Shown: positions 22,249 to 32,711, counted from the stretch's first letter. The stretch is DNA of 64,000 bases from Sulfurospirillaceae bacterium (GCA_033723415.1 JAWVXD010000005.1:160001-224000), one strand, 5' to 3'. Program-made: numbers and translations. The notes: generated by a model from the sequence alone, not told the origin.

Positions 22249-23142
22249 CTAAAATCTACTTCGCTCTAAATCTTGTCCCATTATACCTGTCGGTTTAAAT
22301 AATAGAACTAAAATCAAGAAAACGAAAGCGAATGCGTCTTTATATCCGCCAAGTTCCGGCATGAATGCAACAACAACAATCTCGGTAAATCCTAGTATGA
22401 ATCCACCCAGTACTGCTCCTGTAACACTTCCGATACCACCAAGTACTGCAGCTGCGAAAGCTTTCAAACCAACGATCACACCCATCAACGGGTCAATCGA
22501 AGGATAACTTATGGCATAAAATACACCACCTATCGCAGCAAGGCCTGAACCCATAGCAAAAACAAGCATGATAATGATATCAGCATTGATACCCATGAGT
22601 TTTACAGTAGGAATATCAAATGCGAGAGATCTGATCGCCATACCGTATTTTGTTTTGCCGAGTATCCAAAGCATGATAAAGAGCAAAACCAATGTCACTA
22701 CCGGTATTATCAGCACTGTGATTGGAATAATAATACCGTCAAAATGCAAAATCTTAGTTAGATAATCCGGTGCGGAAAATGCTCTAGGTACGCCGCCGAA
22801 TAGAACATTAAAAAGATTTTCCAAGAAGAAACTAATACCGATTGCTGTAATAAGCAGTGATATTTTTGGGGCATCGCGCAGGGGTTTATAGGCGATTTTA
22901 TCTGTTAAAATACCTGTTACCATAGCAGCTATAATAGCTAATATAACAGCTAATTCAAAAGGAACGCCATGAGCTTGCGCAAAATATGCTACGAATGCGC
23001 CGACCATCATGATGTCTCCATGTGCAAAGTTGATGAGACGTAATACTCCATACACCAAAGTATAACCTATGGCGATCAAAGCATACATACTTCCCAAACT
23101 TATTCCATTTATCATCTGTTGTGAGAATGTTAATAAATCCAT
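22249..23142 (-). CDS. livH: Branched-chain amino acid ABC transporter permease
   Basis: YALIAIGYTLVYGVLRLINFAHG, KAFAAAVLGGIG. Confidence 0.93.
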   Translation of the reverse strand: MDLLTFSQQMINGISLGSMYALIAIGYTLVYGVLRLINFAHGDIMMVGAFVAYFAQAHGVPFELAVILAIIAAMVTGILTDKIAYKPLRDAPKISLLITAIGISFFLENLFNVLFGGVPRAFSAPDYLTKILHFDGIIIPITVLIIPVVTLVLLFIMLWILGKTKYGMAIRSLAFDIPTVKLMGINADIIIMLVFAMGSGLAAIGGVFYAISYPSIDPLMGVIVGLKAFAAAVLGGIGSVTGAVLGGFILGFTEIVVVAFMPELGGYKDAFAFVFLILVLLFKPTGIMGQDLERSRF

Positions 23143-23182
23143 TTTATAGTACCTTTAGTTATTTGTAGTTTTAGTAGAATGA

Positions 23183-23207
23183 GATAGAGGAAAAATTTTC
23201 CTCTATC
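23183..23207. terminator. Palindromic hairpin between livK and livH
   Basis: GATAGAGGAAAA-A-TTTTCCTCTATC perfect inverted repeat; likely stabilises or attenuates the binding-protein mRNA. Confidence 0.6.
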
Positions 23208-23217
23208 CTGGAATTTT

Positions 23218-24330
23218 TTATGGATTTACTGTTGCCGCGTAAGCTAGTTTGCCATCTTTAACAACATTAACAACTGCAGATTTTACAGCGTCTCCGTGTT
23301 TGTTTATATTTATGATACCTGTAACACCTTGGAAGTTTTTAGTGTTTCTCAAGTTTTTATTTACACAAATTTTATTTGAAGGGTCTTTACATTTATTCAT
23401 AGCAGCCAAGATCATATTATATGCATCTGCAGCTAGAGCACCCATTGAGTCTGATGTTTTGTGATATTTTTTGTGGAATGCAGCAACATAAGCTTTTGCA
23501 ACTTTTGATGTAGCAGCTGCTTCATTATAGTGGTCACTGTATAAGAAACCTTCAGAAGCTTTTCCACCGATTTTAATAAGTTCAGGGAAACCAACGCCGT
23601 CACCACCGATAAATGGAGCTTTAACACCTACATCTCTTGCTTGTCTAACCATCAAAGCACCTTCTGGATAATATCCAGTAAAAGATACGATACTTGGATT
23701 TTTTGCTTTTATAGCTGAAACTTGTGCATTAAAATCTTTGTCGCCAGAGTTGATCAATGCTCTTCCTACTATTTTACCGCCACCAGCTACGTAAGCTTTT
23801 TTAAACGCTTTTGAAAGACCAACTGAGTAATCTTGCTTAGCATCTGTAACCATGAACGCTGTTTTATATCCATGCTGTAAAGCATATTTTGCTTCAACTG
23901 CACCTTGGAAAGGATCAATAAAACATGCACGAGTTACGAATTTTTTGCCCTTAGTAACTCTTGGATTAGTTGACGCATGTGTTATCATTGGAGTCTTTGA
24001 TTTTTCAGCTATTGGTGCCATAGCCATTGAGTTACTACTTGCAACCTCACCCAAAATCGCTGTAACTTTATTTTTATCTATAAGTCTTTTTGTAGCAGTT
24101 GCTGCTTCAACTTTATCGCCTCTGTCATCCAATAGAATAAGCTTAACAGTATCACCATTTTTTAATGTATGGTTTTCTGCATAAGCAATGTTTAGTCCGT
24201 CGCTACTTGTTTGACCGAAAGCCGCCAAAGGCCCTGTCATTGGAAGCACAACACCTATCTTCACTTCTTTAGCATATGACATGCTAGCAATAATTGCAAC
24301 ACTTGCTGCGATCATGGAAATCTTTTTCAT
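23218..24330 (-). CDS. livK: Branched-chain amino acid ABC transporter periplasmic binding protein
   Basis: Signal peptide, KIGVVLPMTG, RACFIDPFQG, DYSVGL. Confidence 0.88.
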   Translation of the reverse strand: MKKISMIAASVAIIASMSYAKEVKIGVVLPMTGPLAAFGQTSSDGLNIAYAENHTLKNGDTVKLILLDDRGDKVEAATATKRLIDKNKVTAILGEVASSNSMAMAPIAEKSKTPMITHASTNPRVTKGKKFVTRACFIDPFQGAVEAKYALQHGYKTAFMVTDAKQDYSVGLSKAFKKAYVAGGGKIVGRALINSGDKDFNAQVSAIKAKNPSIVSFTGYYPEGALMVRQARDVGVKAPFIGGDGVGFPELIKIGGKASEGFLYSDHYNEAAATSKVAKAYVAAFHKKYHKTSDSMGALAADAYNMILAAMNKCKDPSNKICVNKNLRNTKNFQGVTGIININKHGDAVKSAVVNVVKDGKLAYAATVNP

Positions 24331-24544
24331 TTATTCTCCTTAAGTTTATAACGAAAGTAATTTTATCAGCTTTTTTTTCATAAAGCAAGAAAAAATGATT
24401 AAATTTTAAACAATTGTTAATAGAGTGTAAATATGTACAAAATGGTAACATATAAAGGTTTTATAATTATAAAAAATAATAATAAAAGATAAGATTTCTT
24501 GTAGTTTTGCAGTAAGTTAGAGCGTTTGCTTATTTTTGGGCATA

Positions 24545-24576
24545 AAAAAAGCCGAGTCCACATAAGTGAACCCGGC
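24545..24576 (-). terminator. Rho-independent terminator of the porin gene
   Basis: Minus strand AGCCGGGTTCAC-TTAT-GTGGACTCGGCT followed by a U-tract. Confidence 0.85.
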
Positions 24577-24602
24577 TGCTTGTTATTAGATTTAAACTAA
24601 TA

Positions 24603-25889
24603 CTAGAAAGAGTAAATAGCTTTGAATCTAAATCTTTTGTCATCAGATATATTATTAAGCTTAGCATTTCTTACTTCGTACTGAGCTGTCATACCAAGAC
24701 CTTTAAGTGTACCTTCGAATTTGTAACCAGCACCTAGACCATAACCTGTATAGTCACTATTCAAGCTAACACTATATGTAACTGGTGTAGTTGATAGAGC
24801 TTTAATTGATTGTGCATCTGCATTTGGCATATCTGCATTTACATAGTAACCATATACATGTGAATCTTTGTTGATTTTATAACCAACTTGTAATTTATAA
24901 GTTTTTTGTCCAGCAGCATAGTCATCACCTGTATTTATGTCACCAGCTGTGAAGATATTATCTGCACCATAACCTAAACCTGGAACTGCATTAGCATCGC
25001 TTTTGATTTTAGAGTAAGCAGCAGAAAAACTTACAGGACCTACGCCGATATCAGCCATCAAACCATAGTATCCACTGTTTTTAGAAGAAACTTTTGTATC
25101 ATAATCTGTAACGTTGAATTGTCCAGAAAGACCATAGCTAAAGCTGTCAGTTTTGCTAGCATAGTCAGCTTGTACATAGTACAAGTTTGCTACGTCTACT
25201 GCATCACCCCATTGAGCTTGAAGTTTCAAACCTGGAATTGATGTATTTACTGCATATAAAGTGTAAGCACCTTTTTGTAGATTACCTGCATATGCAAAGT
25301 CATGTGTAAATGTACCTATAGCACTATCAGTACCGCCAGTCGTTCTGCCTTGGAATAGGTAAACATAACCAGCTACCAATGTTGTATTTGGAAGACCTGT
25401 ATAACCTAGTAAGTAACCTTCAAAAGATTGCTTTGTCATTCTTGAGCCAGAACCAGCAACAAGTGGAGTGCTGATGTATTGGCGACCAGCTTTTACAAAG
25501 AAACCAGAGTTTACATATTGTAAGTAAGCTTCAGAGAAAACTTCACCAGAACCATACATATCACCACTGTACATTGCTTTTGCAGCATCGTTAGCAAATG
25601 GTGAGTGAGTACTTTGAACTGTTGCACCTGCGCTAAAACCATTGAATGTTGCAGTTTTATATGTTAGGTCAAGACCAAAGTCTAAGATATTTGCACTTGT
25701 GCTACTGTTAACGATTGTAGTACCGTCTGTTGATTTTGCTGTAGGCTTATTTCTGTTGAAATAATACGCAGACAATGTACCGTGGATAGTACCTTCTTTG
25801 AACATACCAGCAAGTGAATCAGCAGCGAATGCGCTAGCAGAAAGACTTGCAACTGTGATAGCTGCCAAGCTAAGTTTAGCTAATTTCAT
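24603..25889 (-). CDS. OprD-family / major outer membrane porin
   Basis: MKLAKLSLAA signal peptide after AGGAG, GRQYISTPL motif, amphipathic beta strands, C-terminal Phe. Confidence 0.85.
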   Translation of the reverse strand: MKLAKLSLAAITVASLSASAFAADSLAGMFKEGTIHGTLSAYYFNRNKPTAKSTDGTTIVNSSTSANILDFGLDLTYKTATFNGFSAGATVQSTHSPFANDAAKAMYSGDMYGSGEVFSEAYLQYVNSGFFVKAGRQYISTPLVAGSGSRMTKQSFEGYLLGYTGLPNTTLVAGYVYLFQGRTTGGTDSAIGTFTHDFAYAGNLQKGAYTLYAVNTSIPGLKLQAQWGDAVDVANLYYVQADYASKTDSFSYGLSGQFNVTDYDTKVSSKNSGYYGLMADIGVGPVSFSAAYSKIKSDANAVPGLGYGADNIFTAGDINTGDDYAAGQKTYKLQVGYKINKDSHVYGYYVNADMPNADAQSIKALSTTPVTYSVSLNSDYTGYGLGAGYKFEGTLKGLGMTAQYEVRNAKLNNISDDKRFRFKAIYSF

Positions 25890-26134
25890 ATAATCTCCTT
25901 GAAAAAATTTTAATAACGCAGTCATTGTAGCAAAAAAATATATAAACTTCAAGATAAAAGTGATTAAAATAATAGATAATTTTAATTTTGTTACTATTTT
26001 GTTATCTTCTTGTGTCCTCTAACTGAGTTTGGTGCATTTTTTGAGACTTTTGAAAATAAGGAGTAAAAATAGGTTACCTTTGATAATCAAAAAGCAACCT
26101 ATATTATAATGAAAGGAATCTATTTTAGATATTT

Positions 26135-27418
26135 TTAATAGCCATACATTAAGTTTGGCAACCATAGAGAAATGATCGGTATATATGTGATCAACAGTAA
26201 TCCTACTAAGATAGTAAGTGCCCATGGCAATGAAGCAACTACTACATCTTTTAGGCTTAATCCGGTAATACCGCTGGCAACGAATAAATTCAGTCCTACA
26301 GGCGGTGTGATCATACCTATCTCCATATTTATAACCATTATAACACCCAAGTGAATCGGATCGATCCCCAGTGTCTTTGCGATAGGAAGTAAAAGCGGAA
26401 CAGTGATCATAACAACCGAACTAGGTTCCATAAACTGGCCCATTAAAAATAGTAATATATTTACAATGACCAAGAACATGACCGGTCCGACATGTGCCTC
26501 AACTATCATTTGTGTTATATGCTGAGGAATACTCTCTAATGTCAAAAAATGTGAGAATATCATCGCATTTGCGATTATGAAGAATATCATCGAACTTGTC
26601 ATAGCAGAATCAAGTATAATCCTATATAAATCTTTGAATTTCAAATCTTTATACACAAAGTATGATACAAAAAATGCATAAAAAGCACTTACTGCACCTG
26701 CTTCTGTTGGAGTAAACAAGCCTCCGTAAATTCCCCCGATAACTATTATTATAAGCATTAGTGCCCAAAATGCTCTTTTAAAAGCTTTCATTCTGACACT
26801 AAATGGAGCCATTTTTTCTTTTTTAAATCCTAGTCTAACGGCACCTATATATGTTACAAGCATCAACATGAACCCTATAAGTAAACCCGGTACAACACCT
26901 GCCATAAACAATTTACCGATAGATTGATCTGCAGTAACACCGTAAACGATAAAAACGATAGAAGGCGGTATCAAAATACCTAGACTTCCAGCAGTTGCTA
27001 TCGTTCCGATAGCATATTTGGTTGGATATCCTGCTTCTTTTATTGCACCGTACATAACAGACCCAATAGCCACAACAGTAGCCGGCGAGCTTCCTGAAAC
27101 CGCAGCAAATATTACACTTGCAAAAATCGCAGCTATAGGCAATCCGCCAGGAAGGTGTCCTACTATAGATTTAGCAAATTCTATAATTCTAGATGATGCA
27201 CTTCCTTTGGACAAAAAGGAACCTGCCAGGATAAACATAGGAATGGCCATAAGTGTGTACTGATCCAAGCCGTTAAAAACACTATCAGGTATTCCCATAA
27301 GATCCATATTTGTAAACATAAGTGCAGTTACCATCGTACTCGCACCGAGACTTACAGCAACAGGCACACCGATCAACATCAAAGCAAAAAGGAGTATAAA
27401 AAGAGTTGCTATCATCAT
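26135..27418 (-). CDS. dctM: TRAP transporter large permease
   Basis: AIPMFILAG, SGSSPAT, GILIPPSI, FTPTEA, TPPVGLNLF. Confidence 0.95.
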   Translation of the reverse strand: MMIATLFILLFALMLIGVPVAVSLGASTMVTALMFTNMDLMGIPDSVFNGLDQYTLMAIPMFILAGSFLSKGSASSRIIEFAKSIVGHLPGGLPIAAIFASVIFAAVSGSSPATVVAIGSVMYGAIKEAGYPTKYAIGTIATAGSLGILIPPSIVFIVYGVTADQSIGKLFMAGVVPGLLIGFMLMLVTYIGAVRLGFKKEKMAPFSVRMKAFKRAFWALMLIIIVIGGIYGGLFTPTEAGAVSAFYAFFVSYFVYKDLKFKDLYRIILDSAMTSSMIFFIIANAMIFSHFLTLESIPQHITQMIVEAHVGPVMFLVIVNILLFLMGQFMEPSSVVMITVPLLLPIAKTLGIDPIHLGVIMVINMEIGMITPPVGLNLFVASGITGLSLKDVVVASLPWALTILVGLLLITYIPIISLWLPNLMYGY

Positions 27419-27993
27419 AATGGCTCTCCTCCTTCTACATCTACATCTACGCCTGATCTTTCACTTGTGTCATGGATCATCTCTAATTCAGTATTTATAA
27501 GAACTTTATCAGCATCTTCTTTGATTACTTCATATACTTTTTCACCTGCTCTATAAGCAGCTCCGGCAAAAGCAAGAGGAAGCACAAGTTCTGGAATCCA
27601 CATCGGAATATTTAAGTCCACGCTCATCTCTTGCATATCATGTAAGATCATGACGGATTGATAACCAAGATAGGCCATAACTGCAAGATATATAAAAGAG
27701 AGTGTGTGAGCAAATATCATAAGTGCTTTTGCCAACGATGCCGGCAATTTTGCCAATAAGATTGTGACTTGAATATGAATTCCTCTTTTAAAACCGTAGG
27801 CGGCACCAAAAAGTGCCCCCCACATAAACATATAATTTGTAAGCTCCCCAGCCCATGTTAAGCTCTCATCAAAAGCATACCTCAGAACAACATTGACAAA
27901 AGCAAGCGTTACACCAAAGAACATGCCCGCAACTGCTAAATTTCTGTTGAGAGTGGCAACTCCGACATCGAGCGCAGAAAAAAACTTTTCCAT
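27415..27993 (-). CDS. dctQ: TRAP transporter small permease
   Basis: NVVLRY, WAGEL, GAAYGF..GIHI, 4 TM. Confidence 0.92.
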   Translation of the reverse strand: MEKFFSALDVGVATLNRNLAVAGMFFGVTLAFVNVVLRYAFDESLTWAGELTNYMFMWGALFGAAYGFKRGIHIQVTILLAKLPASLAKALMIFAHTLSFIYLAVMAYLGYQSVMILHDMQEMSVDLNIPMWIPELVLPLAFAGAAYRAGEKVYEVIKEDADKVLINTELEMIHDTSERSGVDVDVEGGEPL

Positions 27994-28019
27994 AACTACC
28001 CCTATCTTTTATATTTATA

Positions 28020-29012
28020 CTACTTTTGTTCTGCTTGCGCTTCTTGGATCAAATCTTTTCCGATTGTGCCGTAGAATTTTGGATATATCGCTTCCATAGC
28101 TTTGTGCCATGCTGCATTTTGAGCTGCTGTCAAAGTGTATATTTTAAGCTTTCCGCTTTTCTTTGCATAACCTTTTAGTTTAGTCAAGAAAGAATTTTCA
28201 AGTTCTTTGGCTTCTTTTCTTTCGTAAATAGTTGCTTCATTCATAGCTTGAATGATTTTAGGCTTTAAATTCGCCGGTAATTTATTCCAAAATTTCTTAC
28301 TCATAACAACAAGATAACCAAGATAGCCGTGTTCAGTCAAAGTAAGAGAAGTTTGAACTTCATAGAATTTTTTAGTCCAAAAGTTTGAGAGAGGATTTTC
28401 AGCCGCGTCAACAACACCTTGTTGAAGTGCAGAATAAACTTCAGAGAAAGGAAGAACCTGCGGATTTCCGCCGATTGCTTTCATTTGTGCTTCAAGAACT
28501 TTAGAACTCATGATTCTGAATTTTTGTCCATCAGCATCTTTTGGCCAAAGGATAGGTTTTTTGTTTGAAGACATATCTTTAAAACCGTTATCCCAATAGT
28601 TTAAAGCAACAAAACCTTTTGCAGTAACCAAATCTTTCAATTTTTGACCAACTTTTCCATCCATGACATCATGAACACCTTTAGCACCTTTAAATAGGAA
28701 TGGAAGGTCAAAAAGCTGAAGTTGTGGAACTAATGCAGTAAATTTAGAAAAGCTAGGACAAGCCATTTGAACATTTCCTATTTTTAGTGCTTTCATAACA
28801 GCTTTATCTGTATATAGCTGAGAATTTGGGAAAACTATAACCTCAACTTTTCCATTTGTCAACTCTTTTACTCTCTTAGCAAAAAAGTCGGCAGCCTTAC
28901 CCTTTGGTGTGTTTGGACTTACAACATGCGAGAATTTGATAGTGTAATCCGCCGCAAAAGTCGAAGAAACTAAAAGTGCTGCTACTGCAGCAATTTTAAC
29001 AAATTTTGTCAT
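28020..29012 (-). CDS. dctP: TRAP C4-dicarboxylate-binding protein
   Basis: FSHVVSPNTPKGKAA, FDLPFLF, WDNGFK, KFRIM, ALQQGVVD; start trimmed to MTKFV after AAGGAG. Confidence 0.93.
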   Translation of the reverse strand: MTKFVKIAAVAALLVSSTFAADYTIKFSHVVSPNTPKGKAADFFAKRVKELTNGKVEVIVFPNSQLYTDKAVMKALKIGNVQMACPSFSKFTALVPQLQLFDLPFLFKGAKGVHDVMDGKVGQKLKDLVTAKGFVALNYWDNGFKDMSSNKKPILWPKDADGQKFRIMSSKVLEAQMKAIGGNPQVLPFSEVYSALQQGVVDAAENPLSNFWTKKFYEVQTSLTLTEHGYLGYLVVMSKKFWNKLPANLKPKIIQAMNEATIYERKEAKELENSFLTKLKGYAKKSGKLKIYTLTAAQNAAWHKAMEAIYPKFYGTIGKDLIQEAQAEQK

Positions 29013-29162
29013 AACAATCTCCTTAAAAATTTTTATATCAAGTCGATTATAATAAAAAGATGTGTCTATATTATGTAGCAATAAAGAAAATGAGAATTAA
29101 AAGAGATTTTGTCAAAATTATATTACGAAAGGTAACAAAATGAAAAATTTGCAAAAATCTTG

Positions 29163-29837
29163 TTACAACTTGTAACCAATACTTTGAACATTCCTTAAAC
29201 TACCCACAGGTAGCTTCTTTCTTAAGTTTTTCATCATCAAGCGAAGTGCATTTAAGCTCATATATTCATCTTCCCAAAGTTCTCGCTCTATCTCTTCATA
29301 TGTAATAACGCTGCCTCTTTCTAATAAAAGTTCTAAAAACCTTACTTCCTTTTTGGTAAGTTCAAATACGTCACTGTCATGTATAATTTGTTTTTTGTTC
29401 ATATCATAAAACCATCCGTCCTTAAACTCTACTATTCCATTATTATTTCTTGATTCCAAAAATTTATCAAGAGCATCAAGTAGTTTAGTTTCCGTAATAG
29501 GTTTTACAATATATCTGACCAATGAGAGTTCAACAGCTTCTAGCATATAATCAACTTCAGTATGTGCAGAGATGATCAATATTTGAGCTTTCGCATCCTG
29601 TTTTCTTATCTTTTTCGTAAGTTCTATACCGTCCAATAAAGGCATCTTGATGTCTGTTATAATTAGATCCGGATGTTTGTCTAAGAAAAGTTCGTATGCT
29701 TCCATACCGTCTTTTGCAAGATATACGTCTTTAAAAAAGAGAGAGAGCATCTCAGATACGTTTTGCCTGACCCCTGCTTCATCTTCTGCATATAACACTG
29801 AAAGTTTAGAAAGACTTTTGAGCATTTTCTCATCCAT
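29163..29837 (-). CDS. OmpR-family response regulator
   Basis: Receiver domain (AEDE, TDIKMP, KP) plus winged helix (LTKKE, LRKK, IGYKL). Confidence 0.93.
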   Translation of the reverse strand: MDEKMLKSLSKLSVLYAEDEAGVRQNVSEMLSLFFKDVYLAKDGMEAYELFLDKHPDLIITDIKMPLLDGIELTKKIRKQDAKAQILIISAHTEVDYMLEAVELSLVRYIVKPITETKLLDALDKFLESRNNNGIVEFKDGWFYDMNKKQIIHDSDVFELTKKEVRFLELLLERGSVITYEEIERELWEDEYMSLNALRLMMKNLRKKLPVGSLRNVQSIGYKL

Positions 29838-29920
29838 AATATAACCCTTTTTACATTTTGCAGCTTACGAAAATTAAGCATAAAATTTGTGTTATGATAA
29901 TATAATTTAGCTTAATTTTA

Positions 29921-31522
29921 TTGATATCAGATCAAATACTTTGCAACAAATATGGATATGTTTTGAAAATACTAAAAGAAGACAATATTTCAACTGTCAT
30001 AATTTTGAGCTCTATGTTTATCATAAGTTCACTCGTCATCTTTATCAGTTATCTTTTTATATCCAAGCAATACGACATCTTAGATCGAGAGATACGAGAT
30101 ACAAAGCAGACATTTGTAAACTCAAAGAAAAAAGAGGTACAAAGAGAAGTTGATTCTGTTATTGAATATATAAGATATAAAAAGTCCCTCAAAACTCTTA
30201 GTGAAAACGAAATCAAACAAGATGTAATCCACTTCATAGAACATATCAAATTTGGAGAAGCAAAAAGCAATTACCTCTTTGTTTATAAAATACTTAATTA
30301 TAATGGAGGTGACAAATTTGCAAAATTACTTGTAAATCCAAACCGAAAAGATTTAATAGGAAAATTTATTTCCGATAACTATAAAGATGAAAATGGGAAA
30401 GCTTTTAGGAAAATCTTCTTAAACGACATAAAAAAACAAGGATACTCATTTGTACAGTACTTGTATAAAAAGCCTGATAGCAGTGAGATCAGACCCAAAG
30501 TTTCATATTTTAAACTTTATAAAGATTGGGATTGGGTTATAGCAGCAGGAACATATCTTGATAACATAAATACAAGAATCACACAAAAGAAAAATGAACT
30601 AAGACGCAAGATGAGCCTTGACATAACTTCATCTATAGCAATATTTTTACTTTTTTCTCTGATTGCAAACATATTTGCGATTATTCTAGGAAAACAGATA
30701 GATAAATTTTTCAAACAATATAATCAAGAGATCAAAGATAAAACAGTAGAATTGGAAAACTTAAACAAAACCCTAGAATTAAGGGTCATAGAAGAGGTAA
30801 CAAAAAGAGGTGAGCAGGAAAGACTACTGATAGAGAAGTCAAAATTCATTGCTCTTGGTGAGATGATAAGCAACATCGCTCATCAATGGAGACAACCTCT
30901 ATCAGAACTTTCAGCAATCATTATGAACTTAAAATTCAGATATATGATGGGAAAACTTGATAAAAATATAATGATCGAAAAAAGTAAAGATGCTGAACTT
31001 CTTCTTGAATATATGTCACACACAATTGATGACTTTAGAGATTTTTTTAGTCCACAAAAAGATAAAAAAATCTTTAATATAAAAGATTCAATTGAGAGTG
31101 TTATGAAAATAATCGGTAAAACTATACAAAATAAAAACATTGACATAAATATTGATATTAAAGATAACCCTAGTATATTTGGCTACCAAAACGAGTTTGA
31201 ACAAGTACTTCTCAATATACTTTCCAATGCTAAAGATGCCCTGATAGAAAGCAAAAATATAAATAAAGAGATCAATATAACAGTAAGAAAAGAAAATAAT
31301 CAAGCCAAAATAGACATAGATGACAACGGGTCAGGAATAAAGATCCAGCCTATAGAGAAGATATTTGAACCTTATATAAGTACAAAATGGGATGTAAACG
31401 GTACAGGTATAGGGCTTTATATGTCAAAAATAATAATTGAAAAGAATATGCTTGGAGAACTCATTGCTCAAAATCTTGAGATTGGAGCTAGGATCACAAT
31501 CATAATACCTATTGATATCTAG
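29921..31522 (+). CDS. Cache-domain sensor histidine kinase
   Basis: TM-Cache (PKVSY...WDWVIAAGTY)-TM, H-box IAHQWRQPL, DNGSG, GTGIGL; exact start uncertain. Confidence 0.92.
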   Translation: MISDQILCNKYGYVLKILKEDNISTVIILSSMFIISSLVIFISYLFISKQYDILDREIRDTKQTFVNSKKKEVQREVDSVIEYIRYKKSLKTLSENEIKQDVIHFIEHIKFGEAKSNYLFVYKILNYNGGDKFAKLLVNPNRKDLIGKFISDNYKDENGKAFRKIFLNDIKKQGYSFVQYLYKKPDSSEIRPKVSYFKLYKDWDWVIAAGTYLDNINTRITQKKNELRRKMSLDITSSIAIFLLFSLIANIFAIILGKQIDKFFKQYNQEIKDKTVELENLNKTLELRVIEEVTKRGEQERLLIEKSKFIALGEMISNIAHQWRQPLSELSAIIMNLKFRYMMGKLDKNIMIEKSKDAELLLEYMSHTIDDFRDFFSPQKDKKIFNIKDSIESVMKIIGKTIQNKNIDINIDIKDNPSIFGYQNEFEQVLLNILSNAKDALIESKNINKEINITVRKENNQAKIDIDDNGSGIKIQPIEKIFEPYISTKWDVNGTGIGLYMSKIIIEKNMLGELIAQNLEIGARITIIIPIDI

Positions 31523-32501
31523 CTTTTTCTACCTCGTCTATCAGGTCAAGACCTATTTTAGGATAAAATTTTGGATATATGATGCTTATATCTCTTTTCC
31601 AGACATTTCGCTCATTTTGACTTAACTTTAAAATGTGAAAATTCGGATGAGCTTTTGCGTAATCTTCAAGTTTTGCAAGGTATGAACTTTCCATATCTTT
31701 TGCCAATTTCCTCTCATATTTTGTTGCCATATCACTTGCTTGCATCACATCTTTTTGTAAATTTTTAGGTAATTTATCCCAAAAACTTTTGTTCATGAGT
31801 AAGATATATCCCAAATAACCGTGAGAGCTTAAAACCAGACTATCTTGCACTTCATAAAATTTTTTACTATAAAAATTTGAAAGAGGATTTTCTGCTGCAT
31901 CAACTTGCTTAGATTTAAGCGCATCATAAACTTTAGAAAAAGGAAGTACTTGTGCTGTTGCTCCTATAGAGACGAATTGTTCTTTTAAAACTGCCGAATT
32001 CATTATCCTGAATTTTTGATTTTTAGCATCACTTGGTGAAAAAAGTGGAGATTTTGACGATGATAACTGTTTAAATCCGTTATCCCAATAATTTAATGCT
32101 ATATAGCCTTTTTTAGTAATTAACTTTTTTATAGTATCTCCGACCTTGCCTTTCATGACCCTGTGCACATGATTCATATCATCAAATAAAAACGGTAAGT
32201 CAAAAATTTCGATTTGAGGGACGAGAGAGGAGAGTTTTGACAAACTAGGAACAGCCATCTCTAGCTTTCCATCTTGCATAGCTTTTAATACTTGTGAATC
32301 ATTGAACAATGTAGAATTTGGAAAAACCTTGACTATAACTTTATGATGAGTAAGCTCTTCTACTTTTTGTTTAAAGAACACTGCAGCTTTGCCTTTTGGG
32401 GTATCAGGAGATACGACATGAGAAAATCTAATAGTAAATTGTGGTGCTGCAAACATAAAAATATAACCAAAACAAACAAACAATACAATTCTAAGAACCA
32501 T
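31509..32501 (-). CDS. Second DctP-family TRAP solute-binding protein (orphan)
   Basis: FSHVVSPDTPKGKAA, FDLPFLF, WDNGFK, KFRIM, DAAENPLSN; start trimmed to MVLRIV. Confidence 0.9.
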   Translation of the reverse strand: MVLRIVLFVCFGYIFMFAAPQFTIRFSHVVSPDTPKGKAAVFFKQKVEELTHHKVIVKVFPNSTLFNDSQVLKAMQDGKLEMAVPSLSKLSSLVPQIEIFDLPFLFDDMNHVHRVMKGKVGDTIKKLITKKGYIALNYWDNGFKQLSSSKSPLFSPSDAKNQKFRIMNSAVLKEQFVSIGATAQVLPFSKVYDALKSKQVDAAENPLSNFYSKKFYEVQDSLVLSSHGYLGYILLMNKSFWDKLPKNLQKDVMQASDMATKYERKLAKDMESSYLAKLEDYAKAHPNFHILKLSQNERNVWKRDISIIYPKFYPKIGLDLIDEVEKARYQ

Positions 32502-32531
32502 AATATATCCTAATATAAAATCTGATCCGCA

Positions 32532-32560
32532 ATTGTAGTATAGCATCTTGTGATTGTCAA
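32532..32560 (-). promoter_or_regulatory. Sigma70 promoter for the orphan dctP
   Basis: Minus strand TTGACA-17 nt-TACAAT, with an overlapping TGCTATACT extended -10. Confidence 0.6.
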
Positions 32561-32711
32561 TATAAAGAGGAAAGAATGTGATTGGATAAAAAGAATGGAG
32601 GAGGCGCTTGGCTTTTACCACCTCCAAGATTTTATCATTTTCGGAGTATTTTTGAAATTCGCTTAATGAAATTCTACGTTATAAAAGTAAACGAGCGGTT
32701 AACGTTTAAAG

